Origin: Clostridia bacterium
GTDB lineage: Bacteria; Bacillota; Clostridia; Christensenellales; Pumilibacteraceae
Reading direction: 5' to 3'
Assembly: GCA_017396125.1 (NCBI GenBank)
Contig: JAFQMX010000040.1
Coordinates: 1 to 54,982 of the forward strand
DNA: 54,982 bases
How positions within the stretch are numbered: position 1 is the stretch's first letter; every line of letters begins with the position of its first letter. Of the stretch, positions 34,658 through 44,749 are shown in pieces. A program made the translations under genes and the position numbers. The notes under the pieces were generated by a model. It searched no databases. It was not told the origin of the DNA and worked only from the letters and a program-made list of their open reading frames with translations.

Positions 34658-34750
34658 AAAGTTTAATCCAAAAAAGTTGTTTTTACACTGAAATAAGCGT
34701 GCGCTGATAAAAAATGCGTGCGCTTTTTTGTGTTGTCAGCCACCTTTGCC

Positions 34751-34779
34751 TTGACTGCGTGCAAGTAAAATGGTATAAT
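34751..34779 (+). promoter_or_regulatory. near-consensus sigma-A promoter for purE
   Basis: TTGACT (34751-34756), 17 nt, TATAAT (34774-34779). Confidence 0.6.
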
Positions 34780-34858
34780 AAATTGGTTAATAAATTATTT
34801 GCCCTTTGCTACGGATAAAAAGCCGGTCGGAGGCAAGTAAGTTAAGTGGGAGAAACTT

Positions 34859-35356
34859 ATGAAAGTCGGAATTTTGATGGGTTCAAAATCGGATTTGGAG
34901 GTAGTTAAGCCTTGTATCGTTACGCTCAAAAAGTTTGGCGTTGAGGTAGATGCGAGGGTTATCAGCGCGCACCGCACTCCAGACGCAGCGCACGAGTATG
35001 TGAAGAACGCGGAGAGCGACGGTATCGAGGTTCTTATCGGTGTTGCAGGCAAGGCGGCTCATCTTGCGGGCGTTATGGCAGGATACACCACGCTTCCCGT
35101 AATAGCGTTACCCGTTTCCACCAAGTTTATGGGTGGACTGGACAGCCTTTTGAGCATGGTGCAGATGCCGCCTGACGTACCTGTTGCATGCGTGGGAGTA
35201 GACGCTGGCAAAAATGCGGCGATTTTGGCGGTGCAAATGCTTGCGCTTGCGCACCCTGAGCTCAAGGTTGCGCTCAAAAATTTCAAGACCGAGATTGCGC
35301 AAAAGATTGCGCGTGACGACGCGGAATTGCAGGGCATGATGGACGAAATCAAATAA
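34859..35356 (+). CDS. purE: 5-(carboxyamino)imidazole ribonucleotide mutase
   Basis: MGSKSD, SAHRTP and GVAGKAAHLAGV motifs. Confidence 0.9.
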   Translation: MKVGILMGSKSDLEVVKPCIVTLKKFGVEVDARVISAHRTPDAAHEYVKNAESDGIEVLIGVAGKAAHLAGVMAGYTTLPVIALPVSTKFMGGLDSLLSMVQMPPDVPVACVGVDAGKNAAILAVQMLALAHPELKVALKNFKTEIAQKIARDDAELQGMMDEIK

Positions 35357-35477
35357 AAATAACGTTTGCCAAAAATTCAGCAAACGTACAAATTGAAAAT
35401 TCAAGGGAAGGCAGAGCAATTTTGCCTGACTGAAAATAAAATTCATTACAAAAAATTATTTTACTTTTGGAGGAAAT

Positions 35478-36503
35478 ATGTCTATATCGTATAAGGACGC
35501 AGGCGTTGACGTAACCGCGGGCTACAAGGCGGTGGAGCTTATGAAAAAGCATACCAAAACCACCTTCGACGCCAACGTTTTGGGTGATTTGGGAAGCTTC
35601 GGCGGATTTTATTCTATCGAAAACGCAGGTGTTAAAAACCCTGTTCTCGTTGCGGGAACCGACGGCGTAGGTACCAAGCTTAGATATGCGTTTATCGCGG
35701 ACAAGCACGACACCATCGGTATCGATTGCGTGGCTATGTGCGTTAACGACGTTGCTTGTCAGGGCGCAAAGCCTTTGTTCTTTTTGGACTACTTCGCAGT
35801 GGGCAAGCTAAAGCCTGAGGTTGCTGCGGACGTAGTTGCTGGCGTGTGTGAGGGTTGCCGCCAGGCAGGCTGTGCGCTTATTGGTGGCGAAACTGCCGAG
35901 ATGCCTGGATTCTATGCCGAGGGCGAATACGACCTTGCCGGTTTCTCGGTTGGTATGGTTGATCGCAGAAAAATCATCAACGGCTCGGATATCGGAGCAG
36001 GCGACGTCTTGATAGGACTTGCAAGCTCGGGAATCCACAGCAACGGATTCAGCTTGGTAAGAAAGCTTCTCGGTGAAACCAAGGAAGATCTCGCCAGATT
36101 TGACGAAAAGCTGGGCGCGTCCACTCTCGAAACCGTGCTTACCCCAACTAGAATTTACGTAAAGACCGTGCTCAAGCTTATCGAAAAGGTGAGCGTAAAG
36201 GGTATTGCGCACATCACTGGCGGTGGATTTATCGAGAATATTCCTCGTATTTTCCCTGTTTCTATCGGCGCGGAAGTGGATATCAATTCTTATGAATTGC
36301 CTCCAATCTTCAAGCTTTTGAAGGAACTTTCCGGTCTTGACAACGAGAAAATCTACAACACCTTTAACATGGGTATCGGTATGGTTATTTGCGTTGCAAA
36401 AAGCGACGTCGAGCTTGCGCTCAAGACTCTCGAGGAGTGTGGCGAAAAGGCTTACGTTATCGGAAAGACTGTCAAGGGCGAAGGCGTAAAAATTATCGGT
36501 TAA
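35478..36503 (+). CDS. purM: phosphoribosylformylglycinamidine cyclo-ligase (AIR synthetase)
   Basis: SYKDAGVD, GTDGVGTK and DYFA motifs. SD GGAGG. Confidence 0.92.
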   Translation: MSISYKDAGVDVTAGYKAVELMKKHTKTTFDANVLGDLGSFGGFYSIENAGVKNPVLVAGTDGVGTKLRYAFIADKHDTIGIDCVAMCVNDVACQGAKPLFFLDYFAVGKLKPEVAADVVAGVCEGCRQAGCALIGGETAEMPGFYAEGEYDLAGFSVGMVDRRKIINGSDIGAGDVLIGLASSGIHSNGFSLVRKLLGETKEDLARFDEKLGASTLETVLTPTRIYVKTVLKLIEKVSVKGIAHITGGGFIENIPRIFPVSIGAEVDINSYELPPIFKLLKELSGLDNEKIYNTFNMGIGMVICVAKSDVELALKTLEECGEKAYVIGKTVKGEGVKIIG

Positions 36504-36513
36504 TGCAAAACGG

Positions 36514-36555
36514 ACTTTTTGCCGTAAAATTATCGGCAAAAAGTTTTTGCTTTTT
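36514..36555 (+). terminator. strong intrinsic terminator between purM and purN
   Basis: ACTTTTTGCCG (36514-36524) / CGGCAAAAAGT (36534-36544), a perfect 11-bp stem, then TTTTGCTTTTT. Confidence 0.75.
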
Positions 36556-36643
36556 GGTTGCGTGCAAAAAATTCGACTACGGTAGTTGAATTTCGTTACA
36601 AAAAACTTTTACTGCGCGCAAAATATTCGTTTACTTTGGATTT

Positions 36644-37306
36644 ATGAAAGCTAAAAAATACGGAAAGGGTTACAAAACACCGCCAAAAAAATTGGTGGTG
36701 CTCATCAGCGGTACGGGGTCTAATATGACGTCTATTCTTACCGCGTGCACTAATAACCGCATCAACGGTAAAGTGGTTGCGGTAATTTCGTCCAACGCCG
36801 AGGCAAAGGGGCTGATTACTGCTAAGAACCACGGCATCGACACCTACGTTTTTTCAAAAAAAGAATACGGCGATGCGCGTGATACCGAAATGGTCAAGGT
36901 TATCAGCCGCTACCAGCCCGATTTCGTAATTCTCGCAGGGTATCTGGGCATAATCACCAAGCCGCTCCTCGACGCATACCCGATGAGAATAATCAATATT
37001 CACCCGGCGTTACTTCCAAAGCACGGCGGAAAAAATTACTTTGGACTAAACGTTCACCGCGCCGTTATCGAGGCAGGGGACAAAAAATCCGGGCCAACCG
37101 TTCATTTCGTGGACGAGGGCACGGATACCGGACCTATCATCAATCAGCAAAAGGTGGAGGTCAAGAAAAACGATACGCCGGAGATTCTCCAAAAGCGAGT
37201 TTTGAAGGCAGAACATAAGCTGTTCGTCAAGACGATAAGACAGCTTTGCAACGGCAAGACCGGCGCAAGAAAAATTTACCATTACTACAGGAGGAAAAGA
37301 AGATGA
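36644..37306 (+). CDS. purN: phosphoribosylglycinamide formyltransferase
   Basis: [18 protein letters not shown] and [17 protein letters not shown] motifs. Confidence 0.9.
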   Translation: MKAKKYGKGYKTPPKKLVVLISGTGSNMTSILTACTNNRINGKVVAVISSNAEAKGLITAKNHGIDTYVFSKKEYGDARDTEMVKVISRYQPDFVILAGYLGIITKPLLDAYPMRIINIHPALLPKHGGKNYFGLNVHRAVIEAGDKKSGPTVHFVDEGTDTGPIINQQKVEVKKNDTPEILQKRVLKAEHKLFVKTIRQLCNGKTGARKIYHYYRRKRR

Positions 37307-38835
37307 AAAAGAGAGCGCTCCTCAGCGTTAGCGACAAGGCAGGCATCGTGGACTTTGCAAAAGCCCTCGACAAGGCGGGTTACGAAATTATTTCTACCGG
37401 TGGAACGGCGGAAATTTTGAAAAAAGAGGGACTTAAGGTTCTTCAAATTAGTGACGTTACGGGATTTCCGGAGTGCCTTGATGGCAGAGTAAAGACTCTT
37501 CATCCAGCAGTTCACGCAGGACTTTTGTACCGCAGAGATCTTCCTTCGCACGTGCAGGCGGTGGAAGAGCTGGGCATTAACTCCATAGACGTAGTGGTAG
37601 TTAACCTCTATCCGTTCAAGCAAACCGTGCTCAAGGGCTGCGACTTTGCCGAGGCGGTAGAGAATATCGATATCGGCGGACCTACCATGCTCCGTTCGGC
37701 AGCAAAAAATTATCGCTTCGTTACCGTGGTGGTAGATCCGGCGGACTATGGCGAGGTTATCGAGAGAATTAACAACGATACTATGGACGAGAGATTCCGT
37801 ATGACGCTTATGTACAAGGTTTACGCGCATACCGCAGTGTACGATTCTATGATTTCCGCGTACCTTGCGTCCCAGCTCGGCATCAATCAGCCACAGCTTT
37901 TGAGCTTGCCTTTCGAGAAAAAGATGGACTTGCGCTACGGCGAAAACCCAAATCAAACCGCAGCGTTCTACACCGATTATATGCCTGTTAAGGGCGGACT
38001 CGGCGGAGCGGAGCAGTTGCAGGGCAAGGAGCTTTCGTTTAATAACATCAACGACCTTTCGGGAGCAATCGGCTTGCTTCGTGAATTCACCGAGCCGTGC
38101 GCCGTTGCAGTTAAGCACGCTAATCCGTGCGGAGTGGCTTGCGGAGAGGATATTTTTGACGCGTATGCCAAGGCTTACGAGTGCGATCCGGTTAGCATTT
38201 TCGGAGGAATCGTTGCGCTCAACCGTACCTGCGACGAGCAAACCGCCAGCAAGATGGTGGAAATCTTCCTCGAAATCGTTGCTGCTCCTGATTTTACAGA
38301 GGGTGCGCTCGAGGTGTTTAAGAAAAAGCCTAATCTCCGCGTTATGAGAATGCCAGAAATTATGGAAAAATCTGCTACCGCAAAGGATTATAAGCGTGTG
38401 CCCGGCGGACTTTTGGTGCAGGATATCGACCTTGGGCTTTACGATAAAAACAATCTCAAAACCGTGACTGAGGCTCAGCCGTCGGCGGAAGCTCTTGACG
38501 CAATGGAGTTTGCTTACAAGGTAGTTAAGCACGTTAAATCCAACGCAATCGTTCTTGCAAAAGGCAAGCAAACGGTAGGTATCGGCGCAGGACAGACCAA
38601 CCGTATTTGGGCGGCTAAGCAGGCAATTGAGCACGCGGGTGACAGAGCAAAGGGAGCAGTTCTTGCATCTGACGCTTTCTTCCCGTTCAACGACTGCGCG
38701 GAAGCTGCTGCAGAAGCGGGTATCTCGGCAATTATTCAGCCGGGCGGATCGATTCGTGACAACGACAGCATAGAGCTTTGCAACAAGCACGGCTTGCCGA
38801 TGGTGTTCACGGGCGAAAGACATTTCAAACACTAA
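37303..38835 (+). CDS. purH: bifunctional AICAR transformylase / IMP cyclohydrolase
   Basis: [20 protein letters not shown] and VKHANPCG motifs. ATGA overlap with purN. SD AGGAGG. Confidence 0.95.
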   Translation: MKKRALLSVSDKAGIVDFAKALDKAGYEIISTGGTAEILKKEGLKVLQISDVTGFPECLDGRVKTLHPAVHAGLLYRRDLPSHVQAVEELGINSIDVVVVNLYPFKQTVLKGCDFAEAVENIDIGGPTMLRSAAKNYRFVTVVVDPADYGEVIERINNDTMDERFRMTLMYKVYAHTAVYDSMISAYLASQLGINQPQLLSLPFEKKMDLRYGENPNQTAAFYTDYMPVKGGLGGAEQLQGKELSFNNINDLSGAIGLLREFTEPCAVAVKHANPCGVACGEDIFDAYAKAYECDPVSIFGGIVALNRTCDEQTASKMVEIFLEIVAAPDFTEGALEVFKKKPNLRVMRMPEIMEKSATAKDYKRVPGGLLVQDIDLGLYDKNNLKTVTEAQPSAEALDAMEFAYKVVKHVKSNAIVLAKGKQTVGIGAGQTNRIWAAKQAIEHAGDRAKGAVLASDAFFPFNDCAEAAAEAGISAIIQPGGSIRDNDSIELCNKHGLPMVFTGERHFKH

Positions 38836-38981
38836 AATAAATTTCTGCTTGTTTTCCCGTTTGGCAAAAACGGCGAGGAAGGGCAGTTTGCAATTTGAAT
38901 ACATTAAAATCCGAAGTTTTGCTAAAAAAACTACGGATGATACGAATAAATTTAGTAGTTAACGACAAAACGGAGTACAAA

Positions 38982-40226
38982 ATGAAAAAGATTCTCGTAG
39001 TGGGTGGTGGCGGAAGAGAACACGCTATTGCCACTAAATTAGCCGGCGACGGAGTGGAACTTTTCGCCGCTCCCGGCAATGCAGGCATTTCGCAAATTGC
39101 TACTTGCTTGCCGTATAAGGCCACCGATATCGAGGGCATAACCGCTTGGGCTGTGGAAAATCAGCCGTATATGGTAATGGTTGCGCCTGACGATCCGCTA
39201 GCGATGGGTATGGTGGACGAGCTTAACAAAAGAGGTATAAGAGCGTTTGGTCCCGACAAAAAGGCTGCCGAAATAGAGGGTAGCAAGGCTTTTGCAAAGG
39301 ACCTTATGCAAAAATACGGTATTCCTACCGCTGATTACAAAATCTTTACCGACTCGGCATCCGCTTTGGAGTACGTTTCGGGCAAGGACGGAAAGCTAGT
39401 AGTAAAGGCGGACGGACTTGCTCTCGGCAAGGGCGTAATAATTTGTAACAATCGCGACGATTCCATTGCCGCAGTAAAGAGCATTATGGAAGAAGGTGCT
39501 TTTGGCAAGGCTGGCAGCAAGGTTGTTATCGAGGAGTTTTTGCAGGGCTATGAGGTTTCGGTAATGGCGTTTACCGACGGCAAAACTGTTAGACCTATGC
39601 CACCTGCTCACGACCACAAGCGCGCTCTTGACGGGGACGAGGGACTAAATACCGGCGGAATGGGAGTTTATTCTCCGTCGCCTAGATTTGACGATAGACT
39701 TATGCAAAAGGCGATGAAAGAAATTTTCTTGCCTACCGTGCAGGCTATGAACAGCGAGGGCAGAACCTTTAAGGGCGTGTTGTATTTCGGGCTTATGGTG
39801 GACGGCGACGATATCAGAGTGCTTGAATACAACGCACGATTCGGCGATCCCGAAACTCAGGCGATACTGCCTAGACTCGAAACTCCGCTTGTGGAAATTT
39901 TTGACGCTATTATCGATCAGCGACTTGGTGAGGTTGAAGTTAAGTGGGCGGATGGATACACCGCCTGCGTAATCGTAGCTAGCGGTGGTTATCCGCTTGC
40001 TTACGAAAAGGGCAAGCCAATCGAGATCAAAAATCTCAACGACGGCACAATAGTTTTCCACTCGGGAACTGCCTACAAGGACGGAGTTTTGGTGACGAAC
40101 GGCGGAAGAGTAATGGGCGTTACCGTTACGGAAAAAGACTTGGCGTCGGCAGAAAAGGAAGTTTATTCCGAAATAAAGAAAATCACCTTTGATAAAATGT
40201 TTTACCGCAGTGATATTTGCAAATAG
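38982..40226 (+). CDS. purD: phosphoribosylamine--glycine ligase
   Basis: MKKILVVGGGGREHA, the ATP-grasp core and EYNARFGDPE. Confidence 0.95.
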   Translation: MKKILVVGGGGREHAIATKLAGDGVELFAAPGNAGISQIATCLPYKATDIEGITAWAVENQPYMVMVAPDDPLAMGMVDELNKRGIRAFGPDKKAAEIEGSKAFAKDLMQKYGIPTADYKIFTDSASALEYVSGKDGKLVVKADGLALGKGVIICNNRDDSIAAVKSIMEEGAFGKAGSKVVIEEFLQGYEVSVMAFTDGKTVRPMPPAHDHKRALDGDEGLNTGGMGVYSPSPRFDDRLMQKAMKEIFLPTVQAMNSEGRTFKGVLYFGLMVDGDDIRVLEYNARFGDPETQAILPRLETPLVEIFDAIIDQRLGEVEVKWADGYTACVIVASGGYPLAYEKGKPIEIKNLNDGTIVFHSGTAYKDGVLVTNGGRVMGVTVTEKDLASAEKEVYSEIKKITFDKMFYRSDICK

Positions 40227-40234
40227 GAGGAATT

Positions 40235-43200
40235 ATGAGACGAATTTACGTAGAAAAAAGACCGGGATTCGACGCTGAGGCGCGCAAGGTACGCGCAGAT
40301 TTGTTCAGCGTGCTCGGTATAGATACCGATGTTAGATTGTTTATACGCTACGACACCAATGGCATTGACGAAGAAGACTTGGAAAAAGCCGTTGCGTCGG
40401 TATTCAGCGAGCCTCCGGTGGACACCGTGCATTACGATAATCTTCCTGCAGGCGAGAGCCTGGGCATAGAGCTTTTGCCGGGACAATACGATCAGCGCGC
40501 GGATTCGGCGGCACAGTGCGTGCAAATGCTTACGCTAAAAAACAAACCGCAAATCAAATGCGCGACCTTTTATCTTTTCGGTTCGCTCAAGGACGGCGAG
40601 ATGGAAAAAATAAAGAAATTCCTCATAAATCCCGTTGAGTGCAGAGAATGCAAGGCGGATAGCCCGCTGGATTTTGCGGAAATTGTGGACGTTCCGTCGC
40701 TTCCTGAGGTAATTAAGATTACCGCTATGACGGAGGACGAGCTTGCCGATTATCACAAGAGCAACGGCTACGCTATGAGCCTTGCGGATCTAAAATTCGT
40801 AAGAGATTACTTTAAGAGCGTAAACCGCGATCCTTTTATTACCGAGCTCAAGGTTATCGATACCTACTGGTCCGACCACTGTCGTCACACAACCTTCTTT
40901 ACCGAAATCGAAAACGTGGAAATTACGGGCGACGGCAACAAAATTAAGGACGGTTACGCGCTTTATAACGAAATTTTCAAGGATTTGTACAAGGACAGAA
41001 AGGACAAATATCCTTGTCTTATGGACGTTGCGACCATTGGAGCAAAGAGGCTCAAAAAGATGGGTATCGCAAATATGGTGGATGAGTCCGAAGAAATTAA
41101 CGCTTGTTCCATCAAAATTACTGCTGACGTAGACGGCAAAGAGGAAGAGTGGCTGGTTATGTTCAAAAATGAAACCCACAACCACCCTACCGAAATCGAG
41201 CCGTTTGGTGGCGCTGCTACCTGTCTTGGCGGAGCAATACGCGACCCACTCAGCGGAAGAGTTTACGTTTATCACGCTATGAGAGTTAGCGGAGCTTCCG
41301 ATATCAAAGCACCACTTTCGGATACGATAAAAGGTAAGCTTGCGCAAAGAGTTATTTCTAAAACCGCTACGTCGGGCTTCTCGTCATACGGTAACCAAAT
41401 CGGACTTGCGACGGGACTCGTGGACGAGGTTTATCACGAGGGCTACGTAGCCAAGAGATTGGAGGCAGGCTTCGTGGTGGGTGCTGCCAAGGCTAGCGGT
41501 GTGGTTAGAGAAAGACCGCAGCCCGGCGACGTGGTAGTGCTTATCGGCGGAAGAACGGGCAGAGACGGTTGCGGTGGCGCAACGGGCTCGAGCAAGGCGC
41601 ACACCGAGGCTTCGATTGAGGTTTGCGGAGCGGAGGTTCAAAAGGGTAACGCTATTACCGAGCGCAAAATCCAGAGATTGTTCCGTAATCCTGAGGTTAC
41701 CGTGCTCATTAAGCGTTGTAACGACTTTGGCGCGGGCGGAGTGAGCGTTGCTATCGGCGAGCTTGCCGCAGGACTTGATATCGACCTCAACGCAGTTCCT
41801 AAAAAATACGAGGGACTCAATGCAACCGAGCTTGCGATTTCCGAATCTCAAGAGCGTATGGCGGTAGTCGTTGCGCAAAAGGACGTGGACAAGATTGCAC
41901 AGCTGTGTGCGATAGAAAACCTCGAATCCACCGTTGTTGCAAGAGTTACCAAAGAAGAAAGACTCGTTATGCGCTACAACGGAGTTAGCGTCGTTGATAT
42001 CGCAAGAGAATTCCTCGACACCAACGGTGTAAGACAAAAATCCACCGTTAAGATTGACGACAGCGTCAATTATTCCTTTGAGCTTGACGCTGACAAAAAG
42101 AATTTGTATAAAGAAAATAAGTATGAAGAGCTTGCGACACAGCTTCTTACAGATTATAACACTGCATCCAAAAAGGGTATGGCGGAGAACTTTGACTCCA
42201 CTATCGGAGCAGGCTCGGTGCTTATGCCGTTTGGCGGAAAAACCCAAAAGACTCCGTCCTTTGCTATGGCGGCAAAGCTTCCGGTTATGGGAAATACTGA
42301 TACGGCAACGGTTGCGTCTTATGCGTACTATCCGCATTTGACCAAGGCTTGTCCATATCTTGGTGGAGTTTATTCGGTTGCGCTTTCGGTAATTAAGGCG
42401 GTAATTACCGGCGCAAGTTACGAAACTATTTACCTTACTATGCAGGAGTTTTTCGAAAAGCTTGGCAAAAATCCTGAAAAATGGGGTAAGCCTTTCTCGG
42501 CACTTCTCGGTGCGCTCAAGGCGCAAACGGTACTGGAAAAAGCTGCAATCGGTGGCAAGGACTCTATGAGCGGAACGTTTGAAAATATTGACGTACCACC
42601 TACCATAATCAGCTTTGCACTTGGCATAGCAAAAGCGTCCAAGGTTATCGATAACGTAATTAAGTCTACAGGCAAAATTTATCGCTATAAATTGGTTAGA
42701 GACGCCGAGGGTATGCCTGATCTCGAAAACCTCAAAGTTTTCCTCAAAAAGTTTGCTGAAGAAATAGAAAAAGGTAATATAAAATTCGCTACAGTTACCG
42801 AAACGGGCGGTGCTGTTTCCGCTCTCGTAAAGAGTGCTGTGGGTAACGGATATGGACTTGATCTCGTAGCAAACGAGGATATGTTTGCACCACGTCTTGG
42901 CGACGTGATATTTATGGGCGAGGCGGGATCGCTGGAAGGGTTCGTAGAAGTAATCGGTGAGGCGACCGAAAGCCAGCAATTCGTTATGGGCGGACAGAGA
43001 GTAGATATGAAAATTCTTTGTGATGCGTTTGAGGGTGTGTTCGAAAACGTATATCCAACCTCGGCTGCTGCTATCGGAGAAGTTAAAAACCTCAACCTCG
43101 ACAAGCCTACTATTGTCTACAAGGGCGCAAGCCTTGTTAAACCTAAGGTATTTATTCCTGTATTCCCTGGCACCAACTGCGAATTTGATACTGCAAGAAG

Positions 43201-43936
43201 GTTCATAAAAGCGGGAGCTGAGGCTGAAATATTTGTAATCAAAAACCGCAATCAAGAAGAACTCAAGCAGTCCATTGAAGAAATGGCTAAGCGCATAAAA
43301 ACTAGCCAGATGATAGCGTTCCCTGGTGGATTCAGCGGTGGCGACGAGCCGGACGGCAGCGGTAAGTTTATCGTAAACACTTTCCGCAACGAATTGCTTA
43401 AAGAGGCGGTGGACGACCTTCTTTATAACCGCGACGGACTTGCAATCGGTATTTGCAACGGCTTCCAGGCACTCATCAAGCTCGGACTTTTGCCATACGG
43501 CAAGATCGAGCCTATGAACGGGGACAGCCCAACGCTTACTTTCAACAACATCAAGCGTCACGTTTCGCAGATCGTAAGAGTGAGAGTAGCGTCTTCACTT
43601 TCTCCTTGGTTTGCAGGAGTAAAGGTTGGCGAGGTGTACAACGTAGCGGTTTCGCACGGCGAAGGCAAATTTGTGGCAAACGCACAGCATCTCGAGCGCA
43701 TTATCGCAAACGGTCAGGTCGCTACCCAGTACGCGGATATGGACGGCAACGCAACTATGGTTTCGCCGTTCAACCCTAACGGCTCTGTAATGGCAATCGA
43801 GGGTATTACCAGTCCTGACGGCAGAATTCTCGGCAAGATGGGACACAGCGAACGTATCGGTGACAATTTGCACAAGAACGTTTGCGGTGACTACGACATG
43901 AAAATCTTTGAATCCGGAGTTAAGTACTTTAAGTAA
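40235..43936 (+). CDS. purL: phosphoribosylformylglycinamidine synthase, single-chain (PurS-PurL-PurQ fused type)
   Basis: About 1233 aa. ETHNHPTEIEPFGGAATCLGG core and C-terminal GATase with GICNGFQAL nucleophile. The fused form is known in Clostridia. SD AGGAGG. Confidence 0.95.
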   Translation: MRRIYVEKRPGFDAEARKVRADLFSVLGIDTDVRLFIRYDTNGIDEEDLEKAVASVFSEPPVDTVHYDNLPAGESLGIELLPGQYDQRADSAAQCVQMLTLKNKPQIKCATFYLFGSLKDGEMEKIKKFLINPVECRECKADSPLDFAEIVDVPSLPEVIKITAMTEDELADYHKSNGYAMSLADLKFVRDYFKSVNRDPFITELKVIDTYWSDHCRHTTFFTEIENVEITGDGNKIKDGYALYNEIFKDLYKDRKDKYPCLMDVATIGAKRLKKMGIANMVDESEEINACSIKITADVDGKEEEWLVMFKNETHNHPTEIEPFGGAATCLGGAIRDPLSGRVYVYHAMRVSGASDIKAPLSDTIKGKLAQRVISKTATSGFSSYGNQIGLATGLVDEVYHEGYVAKRLEAGFVVGAAKASGVVRERPQPGDVVVLIGGRTGRDGCGGATGSSKAHTEASIEVCGAEVQKGNAITERKIQRLFRNPEVTVLIKRCNDFGAGGVSVAIGELAAGLDIDLNAVPKKYEGLNATELAISESQERMAVVVAQKDVDKIAQLCAIENLESTVVARVTKEERLVMRYNGVSVVDIAREFLDTNGVRQKSTVKIDDSVNYSFELDADKKNLYKENKYEELATQLLTDYNTASKKGMAENFDSTIGAGSVLMPFGGKTQKTPSFAMAAKLPVMGNTDTATVASYAYYPHLTKACPYLGGVYSVALSVIKAVITGASYETIYLTMQEFFEKLGKNPEKWGKPFSALLGALKAQTVLEKAAIGGKDSMSGTFENIDVPPTIISFALGIAKASKVIDNVIKSTGKIYRYKLVRDAEGMPDLENLKVFLKKFAEEIEKGNIKFATVTETGGAVSALVKSAVGNGYGLDLVANEDMFAPRLGDVIFMGEAGSLEGFVEVIGEATESQQFVMGGQRVDMKILCDAFEGVFENVYPTSAAAIGEVKNLNLDKPTIVYKGASLVKPKVFIPVFPGTNCEFDTARRFIKAGAEAEIFVIKNRNQEELKQSIEEMAKRIKTSQMIAFPGGFSGGDEPDGSGKFIVNTFRNELLKEAVDDLLYNRDGLAIGICNGFQALIKLGLLPYGKIEPMNGDSPTLTFNNIKRHVSQIVRVRVASSLSPWFAGVKVGEVYNVAVSHGEGKFVANAQHLERIIANGQVATQYADMDGNATMVSPFNPNGSVMAIEGITSPDGRILGKMGHSERIGDNLHKNVCGDYDMKIFESGVKYFK

Positions 43937-44514
43937 TGGAAGAGCTTCTCAAGCTAATCGTAATGGGAGTGAGCATAGGCGTTAGCGTTTTTGCTACCGT
44001 CTCGCTTGCTTTTGCGATAATCGCAAGACTGCATGAACAAAAACAGCTGTACAAATCCATACAACTGCTTCAGCTCAAGAGTTTCAAGCTCCATTATATC
44101 GTTTTTATGGTAATCACGTTTGCGCTTGTTCTTTACCTTATCGGGCAAACGCTGGACAGAGCCTCTCCCGAGTATAGATTCTTTGCCAAGAATTTGGGTT
44201 TCAGTAGGGGAGAATTTATAATCGTTTCGATTTTCGTTGAGGTTTTTTTACTCGTGGCGTCCACTTACTTTTCCGTACTTGCGTTTGCAAAAAGCGCGGT
44301 GGTGGACAAGGGTCTGTATCTTGGTAGCGGATTCGTGGAGTGGAACGAAATTTATGATTACGTAGTCAACGAAAAGAGCAGTAGAGTGATTTTTACGTTG
44401 AGCCGAGAATCTTTTTCTACCATGCGCGGAACTACGCCACCCTACAAGGTGTTGCCCGAGGATATGAGCAAGCTTGTTTTTATTCTCAACAAAAACAAGA
44501 ACCGATTTAATTGA
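43936..44514 (+). CDS. membrane protein, unknown function (192 aa)
   Basis: TAATG overlap with purL. Three or four TM helices plus a soluble C-terminal domain. Confidence 0.55.
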   Translation: MEELLKLIVMGVSIGVSVFATVSLAFAIIARLHEQKQLYKSIQLLQLKSFKLHYIVFMVITFALVLYLIGQTLDRASPEYRFFAKNLGFSRGEFIIVSIFVEVFLLVASTYFSVLAFAKSAVVDKGLYLGSGFVEWNEIYDYVVNEKSSRVIFTLSRESFSTMRGTTPPYKVLPEDMSKLVFILNKNKNRFN

Positions 44515-44707
44515 TGGCCAAATTTTTTAAGTGCTTGATTTGGTCAAGAAATAGTGTATACGCATATCGAAATTCGTCACAAAATCAGTGATATGTATAA
44601 AGAAAAGCACGTTCGTATCGGCATGAAAATTGAAATTGATTCCTATCAAACTGTTGAGAATAAATAACTTTTTTGTATAGATGAAATTTAATTTTTACAT
44701 TCAAAAA

Positions 44708-44740
44708 CAGCGTACCGTATTTGGAGGTACGCTGTTTAAT
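44708..44740. terminator. bidirectional terminator
   Basis: CAGCGTACC (44708-44716) / GGTACGCTG (44726-44734), a perfect 9-bp stem flanked by A5 and TTTAATTT. Confidence 0.75.
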
Positions 44741-44749
44741 TTATAGTCT

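Larger units (their letters stand above)
24873..34740 (+). mobile_element. phage-derived head-module plus holin island; no integrase, replication, tail or endolysin genes recognised
   Basis: A contiguous block of phage-type genes between the conserved housekeeping genes ddl and purE. See the individual CDS entries. Confidence 0.7.

Noticed and set aside
34780-34858. Possible purine or ZTP riboswitch in the purE leader.
   Set aside because: The leader is only about 75 nt. It lacks the conserved purine-aptamer junction sequences and the ZTP pseudoknot motif as I recall them. Only a simple TTGCC...GGCAA pairing is present.
37285-38904. 539-aa ORF antisense to purH.
   Set aside because: Same reasoning. 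purH on the plus strand is certain, and the antisense product has no recognisable features and an implausible composition.
41384-43561. 725-aa ORF antisense to purL.
   Set aside because: It lies entirely within the well-supported purL gene. It has no SD or motifs and is a by-product of codon bias in a long gene.
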